From assembly GCA_020536535.1 (NCBI GenBank), contig JAHLWZ010000601.1, positions 1 to 64,000 of the forward strand: a stretch of DNA of 64,000 nucleotides. The letters run 5' to 3'. This DNA is from Pelomyxa schiedti (lineage: Eukaryota; Protista; Evosea). A program made the position numbers and the translations under genes. Positions 15,764-28,700 of this stretch are shown here, one piece after another (within the stretch, counting starts at the first letter, position 1; every line of letters begins with the position of its first letter). Below the pieces are notes generated by a model that made no database searches, was not told where the DNA came from, and saw nothing but the letters and a program-made list of their open reading frames with translations.

Positions 15764-17923
15764 TCAGTGATCTTGAGACCTCTCTGTGGGAGTCTCTCCT
15801 TTCATACTCGGCTTGGAAGCTGTGGCAGTGGGGGATGGCAAAGAGGAGGAGGTGTTTGAGGCGTTGCTGGTGGAGGGGGTGTGTAGGTGCCTATGGAAGA
15901 ACGGGCACTCCATTTCCAGCTGTGCTTGATCTAAATCTGGCCTGCTCCCCAACAACAGCTCAAACCTGGTGAGTTCCAGGTTAAAGCCATCTGACTTGCC
16001 AAGGGCTTCCGTGTACTCACCCAGAACATCAGATATGTCACCCTGTGTCATCTCCACCACAATACACACCCGGTGCCGGTGGCGCAGAACAACTGCGTTA
16101 CAGGTTGTTTTAGCAGTTTTAGCAGCTGGATCGCTCCTGACACTTGCTGACATGCTTAGGGCCAAGCTGTAGGTGGTTTCCAGTTCAGGGACAGATGTTG
16201 GGGGAGTCGACGACTTTTCGCTCATCTTTGGGGTAGCTGCCGGGCTGGGCGAGGGTTCTGGTGATGCCGTTGTTTTCACTGCCCCGGTGGCACCAGAGTT
16301 TGGTGCTGCTGAAGAAGACTCTTTCACTGCAGCCATTTCTGGCTTCTGCCGGTACAGGAACATGGAATAATCATCCAGGTAAAACCTCCGCAGGATATTC
16401 TCGGCCTGATCAGGGAGTGTGAACTTTCCCATCAAGAGCTCCCTTACAACAGCAAGCAGACTTGTGTCTTCTTCGGAGTCTCTTGGCTTCTCCAGCCTCA
16501 GGATAAACTGGTTTGAGTGTCCACTAACGGTGTTTTGAGGTGGTGGAGTCGACAAGGACGGCGACGGTGCTTCTCTAACAAAGGCCGTTTTCAAACTGAG
16601 AGGGAAGCCAAAGAGTCTTATACGTTCGACGGCAACGATAAAGTGCTTCAAAGTGAACTGATTAGGGCCACCCAATTCAATGGAAACCTGAAGGCTGATT
16701 GAGGAGGAGGATTCTATACAAAAGATCCCGTTGTTCATGACCATATTCAAGCCCTCTGAGACTGCTGTGCCGAATTCAAAGGACTTGATAGTATCCAGTA
16801 AAGATTGTAAATGAAGAGTAAACCTCCCTTGCAGTGCCCACAACACGCTCTCTTTTTTATTTGTTTTCTCAGTGCCGTTCCTATCTCCAGCTTTTCCTTT
16901 TGTTTTCTCTGGTGCCTTTTCCTCTTCTGGGTTGTGTCCTTCACCTGTTTTTTTTTCTTCTTCTTCTTCTTTTTCTTCTTCTTCTGTGCTAGAATTTGGG
17001 GCCTCTTTGGGCGCCTCTACTGGTGTTTCTGGCGCTGGTACTGAACTTGGCAGAGAGGGTTCCACTGAAGTTGATTTTTCCGTTTGTTTCTTTCCTTCAC
17101 TTGTTGTAGGCGCAGTGACTCGCAGCATGTTGAAGGTCACTCCTTCACCCACGTTTATTCTGAACCGTTGTACCTTAAAACTAGGGAGACGGCCTTTTCT
17201 AAACAGAATGTTGACCTGCAGTGTGACTGTGACCGGGACAGCTTTCACTCCTGAAAAGAAACTTGTAACACTTGGCATATTCACTTTTCTGGAGACATTC
17301 TCAAGCAAGGTGGCAAGAAGTTTGAGTGACACACCATTGCAAACCAGCCTTCCATGTGTGGAGGAAAGCGCCAAGAACGCATCCGGCTTTAGAGAAGATA
17401 CTGTATCTGCTGGTTGTAGTGAAGAACCCCCGCTGTTTGGGTTTCTGGAAGCTGCGTCCAGGAAAGAGAGTCGGAGGACCATTTCGTTCGTTTTTTTGTT
17501 ACGGGCCCATGATCCAGATATTACACTGTCCTCCAGCCCCAACAAATCCCATGTAAGACGACTCTTGAATCTCATCCGGTGTTCGTCGCAAAGCCAACAT
17601 GTCGGCGGTTCCAAGCACAGCGCCGGCCCCGTTCGAGCCTCTTTCAGAGCCCTCTCGATTTCCCGTTCAAAGTCGTCGTTCTCAACGAGGTTACTACGAT
17701 CGTCGTCGTCGTCGTCGTCGTCGTCGTAGACGTTGCTGGTCCTCGTTTCCCCCTGCGTCTCGGCGCTTCCCGAAGCTGAAACCAGACTTTCACTGTTTGT
17801 GTGGCTCGCAGAGGGGGTAGTCCCTGAGGGTGACGTGGTGCTCACCGGTGTCTGCACAACAGGTGACAGGGCTTCCTTGTTCCCTTTGGCAGGATCTCCC
17901 TTCTCCGCCGCAGTATCGTGCAT
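15764..17923 (-). CDS. Uncharacterised beta-rich protein with acidic N-terminus (paralogue A2), with low-complexity insertions
   Basis: Intronless ORF (ATG at 17923); LEPPTCWLCDEHRMRF, AFLALSSTHGRLVC, FTLKHFIVAVERIRLFGFPLSLKTAF and GFNLELTRFE match A1. Confidence 0.8.
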   Translation of the reverse strand: MHDTAAEKGDPAKGNKEALSPVVQTPVSTTSPSGTTPSASHTNSESLVSASGSAETQGETRTSNVYDDDDDDDDDRSNLVENDDFEREIERALKEARTGPALCLEPPTCWLCDEHRMRFKSRLTWDLLGLEDSVISGSWARNKKTNEMVLRLSFLDAASRNPNSGGSSLQPADTVSSLKPDAFLALSSTHGRLVCNGVSLKLLATLLENVSRKVNMPSVTSFFSGVKAVPVTVTLQVNILFRKGRLPSFKVQRFRINVGEGVTFNMLRVTAPTTSEGKKQTEKSTSVEPSLPSSVPAPETPVEAPKEAPNSSTEEEEKEEEEEKKTGEGHNPEEEKAPEKTKGKAGDRNGTEKTNKKESVLWALQGRFTLHLQSLLDTIKSFEFGTAVSEGLNMVMNNGIFCIESSSSISLQVSIELGGPNQFTLKHFIVAVERIRLFGFPLSLKTAFVREAPSPSLSTPPPQNTVSGHSNQFILRLEKPRDSEEDTSLLAVVRELLMGKFTLPDQAENILRRFYLDDYSMFLYRQKPEMAAVKESSSAAPNSGATGAVKTTASPEPSPSPAATPKMSEKSSTPPTSVPELETTYSLALSMSASVRSDPAAKTAKTTCNAVVLRHRHRVCIVVEMTQGDISDVLGEYTEALGKSDGFNLELTRFELLLGSRPDLDQAQLEMECPFFHRHLHTPSTSNASNTSSSLPSPTATASKPSMKGETPTERSQDH
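17699..17727. repeat. (TCG)n microsatellite encoding poly-Asp in A2
   Basis: Direct reading; DDDDDDDDD in the minus-strand ORF. Confidence 0.9.
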
Positions 17924-18215
17924 TTTTTTTTTTTTGAAGGGGACGTAAAAAAAAAACACCAGACCGGTCTGTTCTGAGCCTTCGGTCTGTTCTTTTATTC
18001 AGTCAAATCTAAACCACTGCGGAGACACCAAGTTGGAGCCTTGCCACTCTGTATCCTGCAGTCAAAAACTGTCTGTCTTTCTCCCCTGTTGTGATCTTCT
18101 TATTAACAGGCACTATCTCTTTTTGTATCTCATAGCACAATTTTACCATAACGGGAAAGTGGAACAGAAAAAAAAATACAACAAAAAGAAAAAAACAAAA
18201 AAATCGTGAGAGGAG

Positions 18216-19203
18216 ATGAGCTGCTACCCCCTTGCCAAACGCCGACGGGTATTGAGCCATCAGAACGAATCAGTTGGCGTTGTAGCCCGCATTGAGGGAG
18301 TGAGTGAGAGCACGGTACGCCACCGGCAGCAAGGTGTGGAGCAATTCAGCCACTGCGCACGCAAAAACCACCTACTAGGACCTCAATTAGAAGTACGAAA
18401 ACGAACTGGGAGGCCTTTTTCTGTGAGTTTTTTGGCGTGTTATATGATTGCCTGGACCTTACTCTTGTACCCAGTAGCGACATTAAAAGAGCTCCAGACA
18501 GTTGTGCTGGCAACACACGAATTCTGCAAGTACATCCCTCTTTCTTCAGTAGTATCTCTTAAATATTGGGGTTTGTAGGCTTTGGCAAATCAGCGGTGCT
18601 ATAAAGAAACTTGGCTTCCACCTTCGTTTTACTACCCGGAAAATTATTGGAGAGAGAAATGAGGTTCGTTGCTGCTGGATACATTTGTCCTACTAATGCC
18701 TGATAGGCACGATGACAGGCCTGGTTGGTACCAATACCCTTACCGAGACTCCTCATGGGTTTGTGTCCATTTCCTAACTCTGTATTCTAATATTACCCTA
18801 GTATTTTTTGTGTACCAGTTGAGGTATTGCTCGATTTAGATGAAATGGGGTGCACCCTGTTGGATACAGCAAGACGCAGAGGGCACCCCTTGCCTGGTCG
18901 CACCCATCATGTATGTTTCACCATCCCTCTTTGCAATTCTCTTAAACTTGCACTAATAATAACTTAGCCACCATAATAAAAACACCTCACTTTAATAATG
19001 GGTGCCGATGTTAATGTTGGGTCTTTGGGTTGTTTTGTGTTTCCAGGAACACTCAACACATCACTATTCTATGTTTGGCTTGCTGTAGTATTACTCCCGC
19101 AAATACGTGGCCAAAAACGCATTTTACTGATGGACAATCACAAGGCACACCTTCACCCTTCCATCTTTGCGTTAGTTTCACAGGAAGGTCACCTTCTGGT
19201 ACC
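18216..19203 (+). mobile_element. IS630/Tc1-mariner-type DDE transposase relic, interrupted by introns and truncated at the 3' end
   Basis: HTH-like VARIEGVSESTVR, first catalytic D in LDEMG (about 18838), ILLMDNHKAH second D (about 19130); the expected LPPYSPDLNPIE motif is missing. Confidence 0.65.
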
Positions 19204-19712
19204 GCGGTATGTCTTTCACGACAGCTCGCGAACATTGGCGAATACCTGGCGGCACTCATTTCGCCGACTGTCCCTGAAGGGTTAAAAGTATAAGAGCTCG
19301 TTGTGGGGGAAAAAGTCTTTTTTCTGTCTTAGGCCGTTGGATCAAACCTGGGAACACGCGTTTTTTTTTCCCCTATCTGTAACCGGACTGATGGTTTCAC
19401 AGTAAAATGACATTTGACCCTTTTCTCACCCGGGGCGCGAGAGTTCAGGAAGATCGTTTGGGCATCTTCATAAATCACATGCACCCCACAAGGTGGGCAC
19501 ATACTCATCATACTGCAACGGCAGGGACCCATCAGGAAGTGAGGGAAAGTGAAAAAAGAAAAAAAATTGTACTTTTTACTTGTTACTTTTTTCGAATTTT
19601 TTTTCAAGGAATGTTCGAACATTCCCTTTTAGTTATCCTGGGCCTTTCTTAGGGTTGGTTGTAAGAGGGCGGTTGGTTTTGGCCCAGAAAAAGTTGGTCA
19701 CAAAAAATAAAA

Positions 19713-22700
19713 ATGCGCACGGCCGATGTGAGCGACGTGTTGAGCGAAGTCGGATCGAAGTGGCAATCAGAGCTCCGAACGGCTACAGGGACAACGGCGA
19801 TCCGCCTGCAGCAGATGGCTCTCGATGCGCTTCAAAAAGACTCTCCGGACGCAGCACACGTTGCTCTTCGCGCCTGCTGCACCATGTATCGTAAGAGTGG
19901 CGGTGCCACTGCGGCAGCTAAGCTATTGGGAGAGATCAACGCGGCCACTGTGGAGAAGTACACAAAGCACTTGTTCTCCATCGTGGCCAACAGCACGGCG
20001 CCCCACGTACGAGAGGGTGACTTCACGATGCCGAGCCAGGGCCTGGTCCTCGGTGTATTCCTCACGTTTCTCAGCGAGGTTCTTCCAGATGTCGCCAGAA
20101 GTCAACGTTGCCCAGTCGACTTCACAGTGGTGCCTGGGTGGGAACCAGCGCTGAGGTCTGCATGTGCCGCCATGGAACAGTGGGCCCATGCCCTACTCGC
20201 AGTCGACCAGGTCGCCCTCATGAAAGGACAGGTGCGTGCTTTTGTTCTTTCTGGTTCCCACATGTATTTGCTATTTGGAGGTTGATCCATGTGAATTGGT
20301 TCCCTAATTCCAAATTCAGAATCAAGGCGCTGGAATTGACAGATTGGCAGACATTGCAGCAGGCAGCGTTTCCGCAATTACCGGAAGCACAAACGGCATG
20401 TTGATTTTGCCTTGTGGAGTCGCTGCCAGATTCCAAGAGTGGAGCTACAGCGAAAGCCACATGGAAATGGGTCATGGCTTCTTTCCATCTGCGGCAATTG
20501 TTATGCCACAGCGGAACTCTAACCACAGAGGCACAGGCCTGCACTGGGTTCAAATAAGCGGCTCCACATCGCTCAGCAGTAGGTACCACCAAGGTGTTGC
20601 CACCCCCACAAAATGCCAGATGATAACAAGTCTCGACATTTGCGAGGTTCCACCTGCAAATGTGTCATTCGAGCTCCTTCGCATGCTTTTCTCCCTGAAC
20701 ATCCACTTCTTTACACCAAAGGAACTGTACAAGGTTGTCCTGGCAAAGCTCAACGGGCTCACCGAGTACAAAGGGGAAAAGCCCGAGACGGCCAAAACAC
20801 ACCGGTGGGCCACGTTTGCACAGTCGTGGTGCGTGGTCAAAAGCGTGCTATTCTGGATTCTGGTGACGCTTCTGGGAGGAGAAAAAGGCAGAACACTGTA
20901 CAAACAAGCACTCTTGTGCTACGAGCTCTTCCTGCTCGATCACCTGCGAACCGTTAACGAGAGGCAGCACTGCGGTGTTGACTCGAAGGTTGGGTTCCTC
21001 CTCTCCGAGCTCTGCCACAAGATTGCGCACAACTCGTGCTCCTCATTTTGCCACTGCATCCACGGGAACGTCATCCCCGACCTGCAGCGAACGCAGGAGG
21101 TTCTGGAAAGGTTCCGCACCGCCAACCTGGATGTGGAACAATCTTCTCGTTTCATCTCGCTTCACCCCTTGAATTCCTTTGCCCTGCCCCCTGTGCCCAG
21201 AGATCTCCAAGGTGGTCACTTAATCCATAGCCAAGCTGTCGCGTCGAGTGTGAGCAACATGATGGAGCCATCACTCAACCCGTTCTCTTTGTCCCCCCGA
21301 CAGAGCTGTGTGCAGCACCTGTGGGCCTTTGATGAGTTCGCAAAGAGGGAGATGGGTGTGTATCACATCAACGCCGTCTATCACGTTGCATATGAGATTG
21401 AAGCAGTCGTCGTGAATGTCTGTTCTCAGAAACGTGGGCTTGCCTCCTGGTATGACGGCGATGGAACCTCCGAGGATATTGACAGAACGGCGGAGCTTCT
21501 TTGCAGAATTGGGGGTCTGTATTACAGTCTGTGCTGGCAAGTTGCTGCCCAGACCGAGTCGGGCTCACAGTGTGAGCCCACGTATTATGCGAGATACGTC
21601 ACAATCTCGTTTGCCATCTGTGCAATGCTCGATGTCTTGGCAAGAAAACACAAAGGCACAGCAGCGGCAATGAAGAACGTGGTTGTGGCCACCTCCTTGG
21701 GAGAAAATCCTGGGCTGTTGAACCTATGGAGAAGGTTCATTGTCGTTGACATGGGTATTTCCAAGCTGTTGCAGCAGGTAGTGCAGTATTTCGAGCCAAA
21801 CGGTGTGAGCCACCACCGACCTCTTCTCATTTCACATCCAATGGCGTAACCCCATGTTAGGGAGAAAGCTGCTCTTCGAATCACCCTACAATGGCACCGA
21901 ATTTCGCTTTGATGAAACTGATGAAACTGTCGAGTGTGCCAAAGCCATTGCCCGAGAAGTAAACACGTATGAGAGGATGGAATATGATTTCTGTAAACTG
22001 AGTCCAGGTAACTGGCAGAACCACTTTGACATACTTTAACTGCACTAACCACTCCGTGCATAGAGGAGTCAGAGCAAAAATGGTCACGACTCGTTCTGGA
22101 AGATAATTATATGCCCAAAGTGTTCTGCAGCCTTCGCAATATAGCCTACCTTACTAAGCTGTGCTTGGCTGGTTTTCCCTTAGAGCGCATGGCCAGACTC
22201 CAAAAAAGACTCAGTGTTGAACAAAAAACAAGTACCAAGAAATTTCAAGTACCGTCATGCAAATTGAAAATTGATGGGTACTGGTGCTATATGGACGATG
22301 GCAACGATTTTTGGTTTTCTAAAAGCTACGCAAAGGGTTGCGCCACTGCATGTTCCATTTCCCTCCCTAAGGGAAAGGAACAATACCAGAGGCTCCTGTC
22401 CCACAAGGACGCCACAGGGAATGGGGCATACTCAGAGAATGAGATCATTGTTACACAGGAACTGGCTCCACAAGAACTGTCTCGGGCACAATACTTCAGT
22501 CTGGGATTCATCAGATCAGACCCACACCTGACCCTCAACAGGCTCTTCATCGCACTCAAGACCCGGGAACTGATGCTCGAGTGCGAGGAGCACTGCTGTA
22601 TTGTGAAGCAGTGCCTTTTCGAGGTTGTCGGCTTTTGTAACCCAAGCCAGGGGAGCAGTGACCAGGAGCCGTACTTGGCACACAGGCTCAAATATGTGGT

Positions 22701-25700
22701 GTTTGCAACAGCATTTGTTGATCTGTTTCTCGAGCAAGGGAGAACCCTCTTGACGAGGATTGAACAATACAGGTGGGTTTCCCTTCCTGGCCGGTATCTC
22801 CTGCCCCCAATAACCTTTCATGTTTAGGACAATGGGCAACGTCCTGGACATGTTGATTGGGATTCACACATTCTGCTCCCCTCCCTTGGTTCAGCATATT
22901 GCGATCTGTCTCGCAGAACTGCGGCGTGCCCTTCAGGAATGGCTGGCGGCCAACACCGAAAGAATAAAGCAGGGAAACCTCAACCACGAGAGGAACATGC
23001 TGAGCACCATGCAGGCGTATCTGATCTTGACGTTCTCTTGCACAACTCCACCTTCTACCATCAATGCCAGTGAATGGAAGTCTATTGTATCTGCCAGGAT
23101 CGATATTGAAGAGAATGCAGGGCTGGCCGTATTCCTGCCTGCCCACCTTTACCAGAAGGTCATGGCCCTTTTCTTTCAGTGGCATGAGCAGCTGTGTTCC
23201 GCGATGAGGGAAAACTCCGGAAACCAGGTGATCATCCCCCCAGGGCCATGCACTGGCAGGGCGTGGGAATGTTCCAGCACTACATTTGGGTGCTGCGTTT
23301 ACACAAGAGCACCTTACACAGTTGATTTGCTGCAAGGGAAAGTCTACAAGAACAACCTTTCCGTTGGTGGTCTGCCATCAAACATCTGCAGGCATCCAGA
23401 TTACATTACGTGCTTTGGCGACAACGTGTTCTTGGCAGAGAGAGCAATTCGTTTGGTGGGTTCCACTGAAGTGGTCTGCTTTGAGAGCCGAGACACAAAG
23501 TCCTCCAGATTTCACAATCGAATCACGCCCAGGGGGGACGGCTCCCAAAACCTGTGGATTGAAGAGAGGCCAGTTGGCATGGGTGAAACCAGCTTCCTGA
23601 CCTTTGTCCCACGGTGCAGGCTAGAAGGATGGATTCCAAAGGTGCTGGTTGAGTCATACACCCACTGGTTCAGCCCCACCAACAACGAAATTATTGTGAG
23701 GGGCCCTCACCACTCTCTCAAAGAGGAGGCATCCCGCACCCTCGCGTTCACCATCAACCTCACAACAAGGTGCATCTTCTCGAACACACATGGGAAGTTT
23801 GTTGTGCCATTTGAACGAGCCTGTGAGGTTCCAGAAAACAGAGCCCTGTGTGATGTCCTGAAAGGATTTGAAGACCCCCACTATATTCTCGTTCTGGCGA
23901 ACAGCATCTCTTCGGGCACTGTTTTGTCGGAGATACACCTTCCACGTATGAACCTCTCGTTTCAAGTGAGGGATGGCAGGATATTTTCGGATGACTTCAA
24001 GGGCAGTGCCCTGGCCAAGTGTCAGCTAGTCGCCACACTGCATGGCCTCACCCAGTATTTGGTTCTGGAGGATGGTGCCTCGGCAATTACGCAAGCCAGA
24101 AGAAAGATCATTATCCCCCACAGAGGTTTTTGTTTTTTGTTTCTTGCACTCCCTTTTCTTGAACTCACACTCTGCTCAGAGATACAGAACAAAAGGCACG
24201 GCCTCTGGGCCCAAGACGTTGAGTTGAACAGCACCACACTGTTCGAGCCACCTTACTTTACATTTGATGTGGATGAAACCTTGAGATGCTTGAGGCCTGA
24301 AACCACTGCTGGCAGCCTGTTCCTGGCACATCTGTACAATAAGACCTCACATGGCACTGATCATTTGACTCAGATGTCTGGGTTTGACACCTGTGCTGGT
24401 AAGTGTTCCAATCCCCCAAGTACACAGGCCATTCAACAATTTTTTAGGGCTTCTACAGAGCTGCTGGCAGAACTCTCCATTCAGTGAGGTGGAGATGTCT
24501 ATCATTTACAGATTTCTTGAGTTGAACAATGATGGATGCCTTCCGGGGACGTGTTATGGGAGGCCTTCTGAATATGGCTGGTTTCCTAACCTGAGAGCCG
24601 AGAAGAGCCGCAATGAAGTTGCCAATTTACTTAAGGTGTTGTTCCTTGTGACAGAAAGTTTATCCACACAGAGCCTTTTTTCAGACCCAAAGAAAGCCTC
24701 TCACTTGAAAGACTGTGAAAAAAGGAAAAACCAAGTCTTTCAGAACTCCTTTGCTGCATATTTCCTTTTCTACCTATCAGTGCGAGAGAGGGTCAACCAA
24801 CGGTGCAGACTTAGCGTTTGTGAAGAGATAACCCTCTTGAACGAAATCAAAGAACTTGCTGTTGTCTGTCAAAAGGAGTGGTTAATGCAGTACCAAAACT
24901 ATTTGCTGTCTGCTGTTGGCACGACCTTCAATTTTACATGCACTCACTATTTGTCAGATTACAAACAAATTGAGGAGTACTGTTTTACAGATGTCATACA
25001 CTTGTCCCTCTTTGACTACGAGTCCATAGATCACTCTGTAAACCAAATCATACCCACCGTCCAATTTCAGAGGCTTATGCAAGCCTTTGGGTTTCCACCA
25101 GAAGAGTCCTGTGGTACCAAGTGTTTTCACACTAGATTCCCCTTTCTGTCCTTCATTCCCCTCTTTTTGCTTGGCAGATGCACACAAAATGCTGATCGAT
25201 TTGAGCACGTTTTGAGCTGCTTATTCCAAAACGGGATGTTTAGACATCGTAGTCTCCTTTATGTGCTGTATGTCGTCTCAAAAAACCAGGAGAAATTCAG
25301 GGATATACCTGTGCCCTCATTTCTTTTGACTTCAGCAGCAACCCTCATTGATGTTCCATTCTGTTTATCACCTGAATATCTCACGTTGAGTTTGGGGGAC
25401 TTACAAAAGGAAGGTACTCTGACTGTTGAGAAAGGTTATATCTGGCAGAAACTTCAAGGTTTTGCAATTGATGGCAAGGGGTGCACAACCATTGATCCAG
25501 TGACGTTGGCCACCGCAGGGTTTCTGCAGAAGCTCTCGGACCACCTGCGACTTCCATCCAACCTGAGAACCGTGAACACCAAAATCCAGGAACTCTTGGT
25601 GAGCCGGGCCAGAAACAACGNNNNNNNNNNNNNNNNNNNNNNNNNNNNNNNNNNNNNNNNNNNNNNNNNNNNNNNNNNNNNNNNNNNNNNNNNNNNNNNN

Positions 25701-28700
25701 NNNNNNNNNNNNNNNNNNNNGTGACGTTGGCCACCGCAGGGTTTCTGCAGAAGCTCTCGGACCACCTGCGACTTCCATCCAACCTGAGAACCGTGAACAC
25801 CAAAATCCAGGAACTCTTGGTGAGCCGGGCCAGAAACAACGCAGCCCGGGCGTTCTTTGACTCGCTGATGGCCAGGGCAAACCAGGTTGGCAAAATGGAA
25901 CCACGAAGGGCACCAGTGAGGAAAGTGGTCATGCGGGAACAGATCACCACCAAGGTGACAAAGCAAAACGTCACGAACGTGGATCCCCCTATGGCGGCAG
26001 AACCCGCTGAACTTGCACATGCACATGCTGGGGTGTGGGAGGCAGGACAAAATCTCCTTGCGACGTTCAACGCAAAAGCCAGCGAGTTCGTGACGGTGCG
26101 AGAAAGGCTCCCAGAGCGCAAGGAGTTCCCACTTGGCATCGAAAAACTTCCAACTGATTGCGAGCTTGCACGGGCACTGGGCGATAAGTTTGGAAGGAGC
26201 TTCCTGACCAGATTGGAGAACAGCTACAGACAGAGTTTGGAACTTGCCATTGGTGGAAAAACGCTCGCGTTTCGCGATTGCGAAAAAATGTACGGCGATG
26301 AGTTCTACAACAAAGTGTTTGGGGTCAGTGAGGAAGCCTTGAAGCAGTTCTTGCTGGCAGATTCAACCACAAAAACCGAAGATGTCGAGGAGGAGTGGAA
26401 GCTGCTGCTTAAAAAAGGCTGCCCACCAGAGGCCATGCCTGGTGACGCCGTGTCGCGCTTCAAGGATTATATGGAGGCGAAAAGGGATTTCATGCAGCAG
26501 GCCACCAGGGAGCTGAAGAACGCTCACCTGGAAGCGCCAGCAGAGAAGCTCCGCAAAATGGACAAGGCACTGAAAAGGCTGCAACCCGCTCAAAGGAGTG
26601 CATTGAAGACCAAAATGAAGCAAGTAACGAAAAAAAAAGAAAAATTCGAGGACGCCATGGGAAGCCTGTCCTCGAGCGTGACAATTGCAGAAGGGTACAT
26701 CAAGCATTGCATCGAGCAGAGGTCATTTGGACCACTACTTTTGAAGAGAATGTCGGACCACTTCTCATGTGAGCTTCACATCGCAACCCAGCGGGAGCAA
26801 TCGGGAAAGCTGGAGCTGGAGCAAAGCCTCAAACCAGAAAACAGCGCTAGAAAAGCATACCTGAAAAGGGTGAACGGAACGGGACAGCTCTTCCCACTGG
26901 AATGCTGCGGCGAAGCCAAAGAAAGGCAGACGCCAGGTGGATGCTGCTACCTCAACACACCAGAAAGAGAATACAGACTTCGGGAAGGGAAGACTTTGGA
27001 GATGCTCAAGGCGTTCCTCCAGGGTATGCTCAAAGAGACCAGGTCCGCCGTTATAGCCAAGTGGGATGAGATCGTGAGGTTACTCTTTGGGATTCCCACC
27101 AGCACCACAGCCACAGCCACAGCCACAACAAAAACCACAACAAAAGCCACAACAGAAACCACCACCACCACCACCACAACGCCGTCAACTGTAAGACCAA
27201 ACAACTCCGAGAGGACGGCGCTGTGGCAGCTGAGGCTGCTTTCGGGGGAACTGGCCAGGCCAACGACAACGGACATCCTCAGGCTGACACTTGATCCTTC
27301 GAAGCTGGCGGAGTTCAACCCACTCCTGGAGGGGCAGCAAAGGAACGTTGCGGACAGGATTCACACTTTCCTGTGTGGGGAGACTCTCAGCATGCAGATT
27401 TCGAGGGTCCTGGTGCTGATTTCCCAGCACGAGTCCCTGCCAGTGGGCTCATCCGACGAGAGGAGCCAGCTGTTCCAAGACATCGGCAGGGAGTTGCTTG
27501 CGCAGCGGTGCTTCGCTCCTTCCGAGCATCCGTCGTGGCTTCTCTTCGAGCTTGAGAACAACATTCTCATCAGGGAGGTTCAGTGCAACCTTTTGCTCGA
27601 GATGGAGAAGGACGCTGAGAACTGCATGTACCAGCTGAACATGGGCGAAGGGAAGACCTCGGTCATCCTCGTCCTTCTCTGCCAAATGCTCGCGACCGGC
27701 AGCCAAAAGCTCGTGAGGGTGAACGTCCTGGAGCCGCTCATGGGAATGATGAAAACGGTTCTGTCATCACGATTTGGCCAGTTGCTCAGGAGGAGGATCT
27801 ACACGCTGCCCTTCACCCGGAGTGTAAACATTTCAAAAAGCAACCTTGAGAAGATCCTGGAAACACTGGAGGAGTGCCGGCGGCAGCGCCACGTGTTGCT
27901 GGTCACTCCCGAACACAGGATGTGCCTTCAGCTCAAGTCGCAGGAAGTTCTGCTGCAGTACCTTGATTACCAAAACGCAAGGGACGTCTTCGACTGGAAC
28001 GAGTTCCTTGAGAGAACCTACGATGGCGGTGTCTCTGACACCGAAGTGGAGAGGCGCAGCCGATGGGACGTAATCAGGGGCGCGCTCGTTTCCCTTGGAT
28101 ACCTTTCTCCCACCGACGGGGTCATCATAAAATTCCCAAGTCCCACCCCCGAGGGAGAGGCCGAATTGCAAAACGCACTGAACAAAGCGACCGCAACAAG
28201 CTGCGGAGCTGGTGGCAGTGGTGCTCCCTGCTTTTTGGATTCTTCTGTATTCCTCGGAGCAATGAGAATGAAGCAAACGCTCGTCGACCTTGAGTGCATT
28301 GACATGAATGACAAAATCAAGGACGTCCCTGGTCCTGGACAAGAAGAACGGAAAACCTTCATCAGGAAGGTGGCAAAAAAGCAGAATGCCCTCTTTGGGA
28401 AGACCTTTCAAGGCGGAAGCGTTGTTTGGGAGATACTCCTGAAGAATTCCGTGGGTCAGAAGGCCCTGATGGAGGAGCAGCTCCGTCTGTTTGAGAAGAT
28501 CAGGAACGTTGCCTGCTGCGACTTGCTCGACGAGTCGGACGAGATCTTGCGGTGCAGCAGCGAGCTCAACTACACCTTGGGCTCTTCAAAGCAATTTGAT
28601 GGTGGAGAGTTCAGGTGGAAAGTCCCGGCGTGCCTGCTTCGTCTGCTCTTTTTCGATCCCAGTCTCAGAGAAGTCCTCCAGAAGGGCGTTCCCATGAAAG

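Noticed and set aside
15689-15766. Stop-codon readthrough fusing A2 to the in-frame AAA+ ORF
   Set aside because: Two in-frame TGA codons intervene (15764-15766 and 15689-15691) and no convincing intron removes both
25500-25840. Apparent internal duplication in the giant ATPase gene
   Set aside because: Exact duplicate either side of an N gap; removing it restores one continuous frame
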